From Antedon mediterranea (lineage: Eukaryota; Animalia; Echinodermata), in the NCBI RefSeq assembly GCF_964355755.1, contig NC_092674.1:31434001-31498000 (forward strand): a DNA stretch of 64,000 nt, read 5' to 3'. Of this stretch, positions 15,101-28,400 are shown piece by piece. The notes beneath the pieces were generated by a model. It did no database searches and was not told where the DNA came from. It saw only the letters and a list, made by a program, of their open reading frames with translations. Position 1 is the stretch's first letter; each line of letters starts with the position of its first letter. A program made the position numbers and the translations under genes.

Positions 15101-18100
15101 AGTAGTGCAATAGTCTCAGACCAAATTGGTTTTTTAAGCTCTGTCTACACTATTAAAACTAGTTTGACAAAAAGTGTGATGTGCCCAAATATGGTAGTGA
15201 AATGCTTAAATATGGTAGTGATATGACATCATCATTTCGATATAATATATGTCACATAAAAGTTTGATACTATAGTGTAGACAAGACAGAGCTTTAACAT
15301 TGTAAAAAACCACACAAAAAAACAATTGCAAGAACTGTTTACAGTATGGACACAGCAATAAAGGAAAAGAGAGAGCACATTCATCACATCAGATCTATTT
15401 ATTTAAACGAGTAACAAAGTATTGTACTGATGACAAAAGAATTTACATCAAAGCGGTAACATAAAGGAAATATTAGAAGTCTGTATGTATTTAATTGAAC
15501 CCATAAACAGCCATGCAGTTTCACGATTCTAAACCTTAAGGGAAAAATAAATGTTCTTTTATATCCAATATGTCTAAGAAAATCCATTATAAACTGAAAT
15601 GAAAATTGTTCTTCTCGATTGTTGATATTGGTTGAGAGAATCATTGTTAATTTACCGATACAAAAAAAAAAATACTTGGGATTTTCTACTGTAAACAAAA
15701 TTTCTTGCTATTTTATGTTTGTCAATAATATTTTTATCTCAGTATTACAATTTTCAATGGGTTAAATTAATTTATGGTTTTTAAAGACATAACAAAAAGT
15801 GTACAGTACATTTTTTACAATTAATTTATGGTTTTTAAAGACATAACAAAAAGTGTACAGTACAATTTTTACAATTTTCAATGGGTTAAATTAATTTATG
15901 GTTTTTAAAGACATAACAAAAAGTGTACAGTACATTTTTTAGATTGAAAAAAATGTTTTGAATTTAAAACAGGAACTTTCAACAATAATTTTAATTAAAT
16001 AGATGAGCAAATCTTATTCGTTAAATGCCATTAACTCGGTAGCATTTTGGGCTATGTTTGCTTGATTAATTGTGTCAACAAATGGAGGCTAAGGATCTCA
16101 ATCGTAATATCGATGCCGTCAACGAAGGTTCAGCAATTCACAGGCAAAGCGTATAGTATCGCATTAAATTGGCAGAAACTATTTGATTTGATTTTCACAA
16201 TATTCATTGAGATGGTCAACAACCACTACAAAAATGTAAACTTGGGGTTATTCAAAGGTCAATGAACTCTTACAATTTTAATCATTAAATACTAAATCAT
16301 ATTTATTCAACTTAATGTAGACTTACCAGGAAAGTACTGTAGTAAGAACAGTATAAACATTTATTTCAATATTAAATATGTTTTTAATAACTTAAAATGT
16401 ACACTGACAAAGATAATAGCTTTTGAGCATGATTGACAAAAGATAATAAAATACAGTTAGTTCTCATAATACTGTAATGTGTATTACAGTAGTTTATAGT
16501 AGTATAAACAATGGACATAAATTAAACTAATTAACATAATAATAAACAGTTGTAGACCATTATGCTTCAGTTACAAAATTAAAGACATTGTTGTTAATGT
16601 TATACAATTACACTATAACAGCATGTATTTTGGAGGAAATACTGTAAATATATTATTATTTTACTGCAGTACTGTACAGCATGACCCAAGACAAAGTTGT
16701 CAATGGGCGTGGCACACAATGGCCTAAAAGTATACACACCCAGTGTGAAGTCTTAATAGCCTATCAAGAGCCAAGGGGGTAGTCAGGGCTGCAAATTAAG
16801 GGGTATTTGGTCGCATTTGCGACCTAATTTTTCTGTTTGCGACTAAAGAATCAGAATAGGTCGCGCATAGCGCGACAAGATCGTCTACTTGTGCGAGTTG
16901 TTTCAAATTGAAGTCGGGTGTGTTTTCCCTATTTCAAACACTGTGTAATTTAATCTCTCTCAGGAGTTTCCACTAGTCACCGCCGCCGCCGCAAAGGAGT
17001 CAGGTTCATTCAAGCGTACAAAGCCCCTAAACATTTTACACTCGTTGTGATTGGAAGTTCGTCCATTTATTGCATGCTGCCTTACCCAATCACACAAAAG
17101 GACACCAAACACACAGCACAGTGTGACGCGCGGACGACACAAACCTCGTGGAAAATCACAAACAATTGTACCGCCGTACACAGAATTTAGCCAGGGCGGG
17201 CGCGGTAGATACAAAGGATTGTCGCCGCGCAGTCATCAGCATTTTTTAGGCAGTATAAATGGTTATATCATGATTAATAAATAATGTAATTAATGATATA
17301 ATAATATCTATTCATTATATAGATTAAACAGCAGTATTGTTTATCAGTAGATTTAATACTTTATTCCAGATTCTGATTATCGAAAATTATATATCAGAGA
17401 AAATACCGCAACAACGCGAAGTAGCTTCGTAGATAAAACAGACCACGTTGTTGGCTTTGTAGGTCACATTGTTTGGCTTCGTTAGTAACCTCAATAAACA
17501 ACCTCACGATAGTAAGTAACAAGGTGTGAAAATTATTATTTAATGTGTTATTTTTGACTGGCGGAGGAGGACCAATTTGTAAATTACTAAGAAATATATA
17601 ATATAATAGTTTTTATTCGTAAATGTTTCATTCGTGTGTGTTTTTTTACTCTCAACGGCGAATATAAATTTCCCACAATGTAAACGTAGAGACACGATCC
17701 AACACAATAATGAACTATGCCAACTAATAAAAATAATATAGCGAACGTCCAGTCGATCCAGAAACATGCAAACAAAAAGATCGTAAACAATTCATTCTAA
17801 ATAATAATAGTATCAGAACGTTCAATCGGTCGCTCAAAAAGACTGCCGACAGAAGACCGTAATTAATACAGACCTAGTTTTTTGGTCACATGTCATGAAA
17901 CGCGATACTCTGTTTTACCACCGCAAACCTCTCGCATGCTTTTTTTACTCGGTACGAGGGGGATGGCTACAAAACAGTGTACCTGAATTTTGCGTCACAT
18001 GAAACGTAATACAGCTCTAAACTGTTCGCACGTTTTTCCCCTCCAAATTCTGGTCGGGTCTTTTGTCGTAATAATAATTTACAAAGGCCTAGGCCTATGT

Positions 18101-21100
18101 TAAATCTTAACATGGAATATATATTTATTTTGCATATATTTTGTTGGTGTCCTAGCCAAGGTGTTGTTGTTTTTATAATTCGCTAAACCATGGAGGTATA
18201 AATACCTCCATGGCTAAACCAAGGTAGGATTGAATCATGTAGGCCGCCGAAACTCTCTCTGCGTGAGCTGAGGGCCTCGGGCCCGATTTCGTCTCGTCGG
18301 CGGATGTCCTGCCAAATTAGGACAACCGATGTGTAGGGCGGCTACAAAAATTAACGTCTAGGATTTTAATTAGCCAACAATACATGTTTGTTTCCATTGT
18401 TTATGCTCATCTAAAGGCGATGACATTGGTGTTTACAAATTACCAACCCTACGAACCACCCTACGATCGACGCGTAGATATTATCATAAAATCGTAGGCA
18501 TGGCAACGAACAATACTTTGGAAATTACAGGATATGTTTAGCGAACAATGACCTACGATCTATTTACGCGTAGGCTACGAAAGGTTACGCGTATATACAA
18601 AGCAGTAATTTCTTTCTGTACCGTGAATATAAGTGGCGCATCAGGACCAGTGCCTAAATGTGCATAACCCAAATTAATTGAATTCTTCAGTGCTGAATTT
18701 GTATGTGCTCAGAAATCGATTGAAACAACCTATAATTACTCAAAAATCCCCCCCCCCCAAAGCGGGGCCATTGGCGGCCCCCCCTGACCCCCAGCCTAAT
18801 GTTGTACTGTATTTCATTTTTATACACCCCCCCCCCCCACTAAACTAAAAACGGATCTGCGCGGATGGGGTTTGAGGGAAGGGGGTTAGTTGTCGATGAA
18901 AAGGTGCTACTAAAAAAATTGGTGGTGCTACCAAAAATTATTATTAGCCATCATACAAATTTGATAGTGCTACCAAGTAAAAAAGTTAATTTGCAGCCCT
19001 GGTAGTACTACTAGTAGTACTGTACTTTTTACAACTAAAATGAAATTATGACCTACTTTTTGAAACTAAACACTGTACAATGGTATAGCAAACAGGAGAG
19101 GAATGCAATTCACACAGTATTTCCTTTTAAAAGTTTAAAAACTTTACCAAATTAAAATTATTTGAGGGCTTTAATGTATTTTTCAATAATAAATTGATTG
19201 CAGAAAAAAAGAAAACCACTCGTGCAGTCAATGTAAATTGTAACTGTTATCTTACTTAAGATTGTCTCCGTTTTTTTGATTGACTTTGTAATCATGATTG
19301 TAATCTCTTAAATCAATAAAATATAATAGGATTAATTCTTCACACAATCTGCAATATGGTTTAATACGCGGCTACGTTCTTGACACGTCCAATACCAAAG
19401 TACATTCAGACGATTACCTTCTTAACACGTCTGCTAACTGTACAGTACAATGTCAGTCAGCTGCAATTCTTATGATGGCCAGCTGAACTTTAGCTCATGA
19501 ATGTGTGTAAAGTTAAGTGTTTTCATCTGAAATACTTCACAGTGTTTAAATTATCAACACATCGTTCGGATGTTACGATAACTCTTGGAGAATGAACAGC
19601 TCATTGGTCTTGAAGCGCCCTCGATCAGATTGAAAATCAATTTAGAGATGGAAATTTAATGGACGTGATGCATTTTCCGGGAGGATTACATAATTCTATC
19701 AATATCTATAATGGTTTGTTATTAAACCCCAATGGCTTTTGTGAGATACAGCTGTGTTGATATTGCCGACTTTTGTTTTAGTATAATTTCTAAGAATACT
19801 GTATGTCTCATCGGTTTAAAATTCACCCTTCAGGGGTATATTACATTTTAGAATGTCCTTTTGAATTAAGTATTTTTTTGTACATCTCAATCATAGAGGT
19901 ATAAAAATGTAAACCTCCATGTCTCAATCAACAAAGCCCTAATAACTTCAAGTAGGCTCAAGGGTTTGAAGGAACCTATTTTTGTAGACGGGGAGTGATG
20001 CTAGCTTACATGATACCGTAATTTTGAGGAAAATAAATCGGCCTATAAAAATCCTGCCAACTTTGAAACAGTTGTAGTACCATGTAATCTGTCTTTTTTA
20101 AGGGGTTTTCGTTAAAAATGTTGTATGTTCTTTTTTTTGGTAACAATGTGTAAAATGTATAAGAACATTGAAATGGATCAAGACCATGGCAGCTTTTAAA
20201 GAAGAATAAAAGACAAGTATCACTCAGTAGTTTGGCTACTGTATAGACAGAAGAATAAAAAACAAAAGAACTCTTCAAATATTGTAGTTAAGCAATATCA
20301 TACAGACATCATTTGCTAATATTGACAATGTTTATAATTAAAACTTAAGACAAGAATCCAATCTGAATGTAATTGCATAATTGTGTTTTGTTAAGTAAGC
20401 AGGACAGCCATATTGGATATCATATAATCACTGGCAATACATCAAGGATGACAAGCCAAGCAAACCTCAAGTGTAGAAAGTAGAAATCCAATACGTTGCT
20501 AAATCCTTTGCATTACTAATGGTTTTATGGAGAATAGCAGCTTTCATGTTATAAAGTCACAATTTAGAATTCAAATAATCCATGAACTTCAGTTACTGAA
20601 AAAAATGTTTTTATCACTGCTGGTCCATTGGACCGGCTGCCTCAGCATTATAAAATCTCCAGGCATTATTTAGTACAGTACCTCCCAGCGATTTACTATT
20701 ATTTATTGTACAGTTAAGAATGGAATACAGTACATGCAGGGCCCAAACTACAGGATATAGACTTTGATAAATTAATGTAAATTGAATATGACAAAACAGA
20801 TTGCCAATTTTTTTTTTTTTTTAACATTTTTAAATTGTGTCTACTACCTGTATTTAATATTTTTTTGTTAATACAAAAAACTGTAAATCCACTGAAAAAT
20901 CATTATTACTACATGTAAATATTTAATAGGCAGTATTATATAACACCTATATAAATTCCTGTCATTTGATTGGACGAATGTGGGTCACATGGCGTGCAAT
21001 AGTACGCACTATTCAACGATCGTTAAATAGTACTTTTTGAAACATTTTTGTGTACGAAAAAAAACGTCTAGATGTTATATAAAACAAATAATGAATGTTT

Positions 21101-24021
21101 TGTATTCGTGTAATGGTACAAATAATGGCACTTGGTGAATGATGAAAGGTTATATCAACTCGGCTTTGCCTCGTTGATATAACCTTTCATCATTCACCTC
21201 GTGCCATTATTTGTACCATTGCACTCATAAACATTCATTATTTGTACAATATTTGCAATGTATGGAATTACTGTAGAAGACTATGCTAAAAGTAAGTAAC
21301 TTTCGGATTCATGTAGGACATACAATAGGTCATACTTCTGTTTACAATCTTTAGGGCTGCCTTCCTATTTCATAATCTTGAATCCACCGATGCATAATAT
21401 ACAGTACAGTATACAGTAGATTTAACTTTACACACGACTAGTATTTTGTATAAAAACTGTAAATATTTTCAAAACAAAATATAGAATTTACTGTACAGTA
21501 GTTTACTTTACGAAAAAAAAAATTGTTAGTTAAAAAATTATGATGATGTGAATAATCATAGAGATATTATAGTTCACTATAATATCTCTATGGAATAATC
21601 AAACATGTTACAGTAGTTAGATAGTAGGTGGTATCTTGAAAATTGTATAAATGCAACTGATGCCAACCTTTAAAATGCATGCAAGTAAACACATTTCAGA
21701 CTCAAAATAAATACATAAAAATAACATTTAAATTTAAAGGAAAATTTATGTGTAATTTAAAAAGAATTAGACCATGCATGACGTAAGAATTTAGGCCCTA
21801 AAACAAATGGTATCACACCCACGCAACATGAACATCTTGCTTACACACCCTGGCCCAGAAGAACAGAATTACAAACACATTATAATTATTAAAATATTAA
21901 TAATTAACTAGACATGTAACTCGTCACTTTGACGAGTTTGGTTATCCGCCGCGCAAGTGGTGCAACATTAACATTAAGGGGATAGGTTGAGGACAAAAGG
22001 AAGTGTTCACGTTGGCATTATGACCTGAACTGAAGAATATGATCTGTTGTTATTGCTGAATTTTATTATTTAAATTCATATATAGTATACACAGTATAAT
22101 CTGTATCCATATCACATACAGTGTAGAATAGGTGAAATTACGGGACCCGCTATTTATTGCAATTTTTAACATGTTGATGGTTTTAAAATGAAACGCGAAG
22201 TTAGCAATTCCGAAAGGAAATTATCTCAGCAACAACGTATTAGCGTGTAGAAGAAATTTGAATACGTTAAATATTGATGCGCGCTCTTTTAAATGTAATG
22301 AATTATGACGAAAAAGATGAAAATACGACCTTTTTTATTTAACTGGCCATATGATGACGTCACAACATCCGATTGGCAACATTTTTACATAATTTCATAT
22401 CTACAATCCAATAGCTTCCAGAAAAAGTTTTAATCGTGATTATCACATTTTATTCTTACGAGCTATAACAGATTAAAATTTACTGTAAATATGAAATTGA
22501 TGCCACACGTGATTTAAATATTTAGGCATGATGACGTCAAAAAAATTAAAATATTTTTAACTCATGCGAAAGATAGTTGATTGACCTAGACAATATCAAA
22601 ATCGGGGTGAAAATGGAAAACGGATAAGTGGAGATGCGCTCTATTCAATGTGATGAGCTATGACGAAAGATACAAAAATCCTAAATTTTATATTCGCGTG
22701 GCCATACGATGACGTCACAATGTCCGGTTAACCATATTAATACCTGATCCGATATCTACAACTCATCTACTTCCAGAATATGTCATCCACAAAAATTTGA
22801 CCGTCTAGTTTAGAAATTACGACTGTTTAAAAAAAGGCATATTTTAAACGAATTTTTTAACCTTTTCATAAAAAACGCGCGCAAATTGTCCAATTCGACG
22901 TGCTCGTATGACGTATCTTTAAGTCGAAATTGTTTAAAATTTGGTAAAATTACTAGAAAAGGCTGGAAAAACATAAATCACGCGAAAAAAATACGTTTTC
23001 AATGCTACGTGCGCACCGCACACGTAGAAATGTGCGCACGCGTGGGAATTTTTGACATGCTTAAAACGACATGAAACGCGTAGAAAGTTGATTATAAATT
23101 AATTTTGCGCATTTTGAAATTTTAAATGTGCGTGCGCGCGTAACTTTGTGTAAAACACGCAATTTTTTTTCAACAGAAATTTAGCGCATGATATAAATTA
23201 AACTTTTGCAAAGTTTCACTTTAAAATGTTATTTGGTTTTCGACATATGTTAAATACGATAAAATCGTTAAATCGCGCGTACGTCACGTTGCGCAATTGT
23301 AAACATCATGAAAAGCTTCGCTTGACGACGTTACATAAATGTCAAAATGTTAACATAGTTAACAAAATGTTATGTTTGCGAGTTTTAGAGAAAAGCGTTA
23401 CACAAAAATCATACAGAAAGAAAGAAGAAGAATAAAAAGTTGATGATGATGATGATGATTTCGTACAATCACAAGAGGTTATCCTGCAACTTCGTTGCGG
23501 ATAACCAAATTATTAAATAATAAAATATGGTAAACTGCTGGTGGTAGTGTGGTAAGTAGGTCCATTATGGATGGATTTCTTTTGTTTTCTAGCTAGATGG
23601 TTATTTTCGTAGGCCTATGTGGATCTTCTATCAATTACAAAGGTTTGAACCTACTGTATGTAGCCTCTAGGCTCTAGTCTAGGCCTACTGTAGTTCGCCA
23701 ACCCTCATCAAGCAGCATCCAGCCGGTGTGTGTATGCGAGTAAGGTGGTTGTTCATAACATTAACAGAGGCCTGAGTTTTTTAGAGCAAACATTTATCAG
23801 CGCATACAAAAAACAGATATTAAAACATCGCAAAATAAATAATAACTTACCAGGTTAAAAACAGTATCAAAAATATCCCGATCAGAAACCTCCTTTACTT
23901 CCATCAAACCGATCAAAATTCCGAACTTCACCTTCGTCGATGCATTCGCCGACGCAGGCATATTGTCGGCAAAAATACTTTTTTTCTCGGAAATATCGTC
24001 ATTCGTTTCCTCAGCAGCCAT
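127..24021 (-). CDS. NBEA: Neurobeachin/LRBA-family BEACH-domain protein, N-terminal part (5' 17 exons; gene continues beyond the left edge)
   Basis: Hand-spliced exons (-): 23851-24021, 11933-12037, 11502-11628, 10672-10772, 8045-8140, 5996-6117, 4513-4639, 4045-4164, 3513-3659, 2737-2934, 2291-2421, 2030-2138, 1605-1757, 1336-1504, 823-965, 367-464, 127-219. All are GT-AG and in phase. The translation matches remembered neurobeachin motifs: [98 protein letters not shown]. An invertebrate single-copy gene may be co-orthologous to NBEA and LRBA. Confidence 0.93.
591..735. mobile_element. MITE family A (~150 bp; TIR agctctgtctacactatcaaa), copy 1
   Basis: Terminal IRs plus an internal cactaccatattt(g/a)ggc motif. 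Related copies at ~8422-8565, 15137-15293, 26169-26270, 36265-36385 and fragments at 48055-48310. Confidence 0.8.
4916..6007. repeat. 45-bp minisatellite (~24 copies) containing the NBEA exon 6 3' end and its 5' splice site
   Basis: Unit on - strand: ATACCTCTTCTG|GTAT(G/A)ATATGCCAT(C/G)TTAAATTAA(G/A)(T/A)CTAAGCA. It explains the 367-aa and 391-aa ORF-track entries. Confidence 0.95.
8422..8566. mobile_element. MITE family A copy
   Basis: Ends aaactagtttgatagtgtagacagagcttta; internal cactaccatatttggc. Confidence 0.8.
9403..10397. repeat. 52-bp minisatellite (~19 near-identical copies) in NBEA intron 4
   Basis: Unit cacacggatgtttgctttgaaccgtctgcaccatggcaatttggttctttct. Confidence 0.95.
15137..15293. 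mobile_element. MITE family A copy (opposite orientation), tta on both flanks
   Basis: tta|agctctgtctacacta...gacagagct|tta, consistent with a PIF/Harbinger-type 3-bp target. Confidence 0.8.
15746..15940. repeat. Three-copy ~60-75 bp tandem duplication
   Basis: aattaatttatggtttttaaagacataacaaaaagtgtacagtaca occurs three times. Confidence 0.85.
16784..19001. mobile_element. Non-autonomous TIR DNA transposon (hAT-like termini, 5-bp TSD)
   Basis: TIR cagggctgcaaattaa ... ttaatttgcagccctg, flanked by direct repeat gtagt at 16779-16783 and 19002-19006. Subterminal repeated motifs (gcgacc/ggtcgc on the left, gtgctac on the right). CpG-richer than the flanks; no transposase ORF. Confidence 0.85.
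18182..18219. mobile_element. 24-bp palindromic insertion with 7-bp TSD (P-superfamily-like footprint)
   Basis: gctaaac|catggaggtataaatacctccatg|gctaaac. Confidence 0.7.
19885..19928. mobile_element. 30-bp palindromic insertion with 7-bp TSD (P-superfamily-like footprint)
   Basis: tctcaat|catagaggtataaaaatgtaaacctccatg|tctcaat. Confidence 0.7.
20935..21246. mobile_element. Non-autonomous element with short asymmetric inverted repeats and a long terminal hairpin
   Basis: IR ttatataacacct (20936) / agatgttatataa (21070). Near-perfect ~160-bp palindrome 21084-21245 centred on ctcggctttgcctcg. Confidence 0.7.
21550..21599. mobile_element. 36-bp palindromic insertion (17+2+17) with 7-bp TSD (P-superfamily-like footprint)
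   Basis: gaataat|catagagatattatagt tc actataatatctctatg|gaataat. Confidence 0.75.
21906..23509. mobile_element. Non-autonomous Helentron-like (HINE/DINE-type) element
   Basis: Starts aactaga. Sub-terminal IR ttggttatccgc (~21938) / gcggataaccaa (~23497). Terminal hairpin ggttatcctgcaacttcgttgcggataacc. GAA/GAT microsatellite near the end. Internal ~360-bp diverged duplication (22275 vs 22632). Confidence 0.7.
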
Positions 24022-25028
24022 TGTTGCTATATAAAGATCCTTTATAAGTCTTGGAATGGCAAACTGCTTCAGAAACCGGTGATTAATCTGATCGAAAATC
24101 CCTTAATTAATTCCCAGGTAAATTACCACAAAAACTACCATTTCTGATGTTTTCGGGGTTTATGTAAAATGTTTGTGTTTATTTCCGCCACGTATCATAC
24201 TTAACTATAAAGTTCGTTTACCGAAACAGAACATCGTCGTCATTACAATTCAATCTCGTGATTTATCAGGCTCGGGCTCAGTGTTTGATATTTTAACTGC
24301 ACGTACGGTATATATCAATACTTTCTTTGAATATATTGTAAATAAAATTACCATAAATAGATATTAAATGCAATGTTAGTTTACATACATTTTTCCTTTT
24401 CCTCATCTTCCAGTTCTTAGTTGCCATGATTTGATGATCCATTATCATCAGATATTTATTTATATTCTGTCTTTTACATACTTCAATAACACATTTAGTC
24501 TTGTTACGTGTCAGTGTTTTTTGTTGTTTTTTTTCCAGCAGTGGGTGACATAACCTATGATATGATGATTTTTTTTTCAATTTTATTTCAGATGATACGT
24601 ATGTTCATATTGACATGACCTCAATCTGAAGATGTACAAATTATACATATAAATGAATCGGAGGACAAATGGTAGAAACAAAGATACAATCACATACAAT
24701 TATATAATGTATATTTTATTGAATATCGATGTAAAGAGACAATGCAACTCTACCTTACAAATAAAGAAATTTATATTTCCTCGCAGTTTAAGTTACTATT
24801 CAACAATATAATAATACAAATATCAGTCAATTAGAAAATCCTAAAAATGAATTTAATAGGATAACATTTGTAAATACTTTATTTGTCACTCTAGCTAATA
24901 ACATAATATATAACTTCACATATAACAAATAAGACAAACAAGAACAAAATAAATCAGCTTTTGCCTACTCAAGTTGGCAATAATTAACGATGGTAAAGTT
25001 AGTTTAAATAAATAAGTAAATGATGTTT

Positions 25029-25130
25029 GGATTAACATTAATAACATTAAGTGGATTAACATTAATAACATTAAGTGGATTAACATTAATAACATTAAGT
25101 GGATTAACATTAATAACATTAAGTGGATTA
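25029..25130. repeat. 24-bp tandem repeat (~4 copies) in the probable ZFAND2 3'UTR
   Basis: ggattaacattaataacattaagt. Confidence 0.85.
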
Positions 25131-25463
25131 ATAAAATATAACATTAAATTGTATGTCATTCAATTATATGTACATCAATTAAAATAGTGAAATGCAATTT
25201 AAATTTAAAGCAGCAATGTAAATTAAAATTACATTCCAGCATAAATTTTTACAAATTATTATATAAATTAGAATAGTATAAATATTTTATAATACCTGAA
25301 TCCATCAAAATGTATAAGTAACATTTTATTTTTAACTACATCAATAATAAATATCTAAAAATGGTTTTGACATTTTAAATTTTAAAATAGCAATCATGTG
25401 GTATTCAGATTTCTCTTTGATTACGTTTACAGTATATTCTTTCCAATTGTTGGGTATGGTTGT

Positions 25464-28400
25464 TCACGATGTGACACATTTTGATTCCGATTGTTGATTC
25501 TGTTGATGTGGAAGATAAAGATATTTCCAATGTTATTTCAATATAAACAGTTATGTAGGCGTGTTTACCTATTATATACTGTAATATTTGTAGACACATT
25601 TCAAATATGACAAAAAAATAAAATAGAGGACCTATGGTAACTGGTGCATTTCAAACAATAAAACATAGATAAAAGTCAATAATGTTTGCAAAAACATTTG
25701 CATCTTCTGCTTGAGTCAACATTTTTCACCTTTCATTTAATTTTTTTGGGTCTTTTTCAATATTTACATTAAAAAAAGCTGAATTGGGGAGACCAGAACT
25801 TAAGTAAAGTTAATCACCAGGAAAGAGTGAAATTACAATTTGATGTACCTGCGTTCTATTTCTATGTTGTCTTCGTTGTTCTTCTTCACTTTCTGCAATC
25901 GCTCTAGCCAATGCCTGATCCTCCTCTTCTTGCCGCCTAGCTTCTTCTGTTCTGACTGTTGCTGGCATTGACGTAGGCCTAGCCTGATTTGAAACCATAG
26001 ACAACTGGATAGCTCTTGCCATCGCTTCATCTTCTGACTGTAGGGTATAATAAAAAATAAACATTATTTTTTATCTGCCCTCCCTTTAGTTACATCATCC
26101 ATAATATTTACATATTTGCTAAGACAATATATATTAGAAACGTCTAAATATACTATAATAGAAAAATTAGGCTATCAAACTAGTTTGACAAAAAAGGTGT
26201 GATGTGCCTAAATATGCTAGTGATATTTCATTGTGTATCACATAAATTTTGATCATGTAGACAGTGCTTAAGCTAAACATCCTTACCATTCCCCCTTGTA
26301 TGGACTGGGGTGAGGTTTGAGTACGAGGTGGATGACTCTGTCGTGCTCGCTGTTGTCGCTCTCTGTCAAAAAAAAAATACAAAACATGAACAAAAGGTCT
26401 CTAAAATCTCGCAAAACAAACAATAATATTTCAATAACTGTAAAGTAAAATGGTATATGCACCAATGGTATATGCACCAATGGTATATGCACCAATGGTA
26501 TATGCACCAATGGTATATGCACCAATGGTATATGTACCAATGGTATATGCACCAATGGTATATGCACCTATCAAGATTTTGACCAATAGAACTTAAGGTT
26601 GTCTTTTGTGGTCTTGATCTTGGCTCACTAGACTTGACTGGTCCAGACTTCTGTGCTCTATTCATTGCTGCTGCTCTGTGTGCCAAAAATATAATAATGA
26701 TGATATGAAACATTTATAAAGCGCTCTTCACCGAAGTCTCAGCGCAACATGAAAAGAATAACTATTACTACTACTATAAGGGGAGTTTTTGGGAGATTTT
26801 AATTGAAAAGGGGATGGAACGAGGAAGTTAGAACCTTAGGCATGGAGTTAAGGTTGATTTTAGGTGGTGTTAACATAAGAGGATTCATTTCAGAACAAAG
26901 ACCTCTAAGTAGTGGGACAAATGGTTTAATAAGTTTAAGATAACGCGGTGCCATAAAGACGCTTATAAAAAAGGTTGCAATCTTGTACTTGATATGCTCT
27001 TTAACATGCAACCATTGAAGTTGTGAAAGCATTGACATCATTGCCACGCCTTGATTATCATTATCATATCATCATAACTCTTGTATCATTCTCATCTTAT
27101 ACTACATATACAGTATTTCTTAAATATCATCATATATTTACCCTTGATTTGACATGGAATAGCCACTTCCTCGAAAACCTTTACATTCATGATCAGTTTG
27201 ATGGCGATGTCGTAAACAATAATTCAATCGGCATGATTCGCATATAACTGGTACAAGCTTTAAAACACAAAATATCAAAATATACATAACTTGCTAGTCT
27301 GGGCTCCAGACAGAGTTTTTTCTTAATATTAGTAAAAATATAAATATTTTTGCACATATGGCGTTTCATACGTGTATTACTTGAGTTTGGATACTCCGTC
27401 TGGGGAAACACGCAAAAGTCACGTGGTTTGACACCAAGAATTCTTGGTGCATAGATTATTCGGTTGACTAGTTTCAGCTGCATGCGATTGGCTACTCACT
27501 CGTACACCGTTTTAATATTCATGTGTCAGAATTTCAAAGACTCAACAACTAAGAAGGTACGCATGCGCTATGTTACGTTTAGACAATGTGTACTTGGGTA
27601 CATTAATGAAAGTTTCTGAAGGCTAGAAATGATTTTAAATGCCTAGTAGTAGTCTGGTAAACATTTGATTGGATTTTTCCCAAGAAAACTTGTCTTGCTT
27701 CTCCGCAAATCAAACATTGAATGGATCATTTAATATTACGCGGAGATAATTTGATTTAATTCCCACCCAGACCCTGTCCTGTTCTGTGTAGTGGTGTAGC
27801 CCTGTCTGTTGTGTGTGAATCCTGTTGTGTGCCGGTGGTGGTATGTAGGCCTACCTTATTGGCGTTTTATTTGGCAGGTCATACGTGCGAGTTGAGTAGG
27901 ACCTACGAAGGAGGCCTAGGCTAAGGACTAAACAATTAATAAACAAAACAACTTGGCAACATGATTTCATATTTCAACAGTCTCGATCGTACATTCAGCA
28001 CTGTACGTACTCGATCTTTTTCATTTTGAAACAAAATGATCATTGGTTGATTCGAAATCCATATTTACATACCGCCCGCCCCATATAGCCAAATACGGTA
28101 TGATAACCTACGTCATTCTTATCGGATGTTTGCGGTCTGCAAATCGATTTCTATACGTGTTTCACAAGTCCGTATTTTCAGACAAAAATCGAAATAAAAA
28201 CAAATAAATAAAAATAAAAAACAATACAGACTTGGGGAAAGTCTAATAAGTTACATGTATTTTGTTTGAAAGCTTGTTTTTGTGGGCAAATTATTGTGGC
28301 TCAGTTTGTTATATTACGATTATTTAGGGGTATGTTGATTATTTAGAGGTTAATTTTGGATGAATTTGGCTTCTAAAATCATGTGATCTATTTTGTTTGG

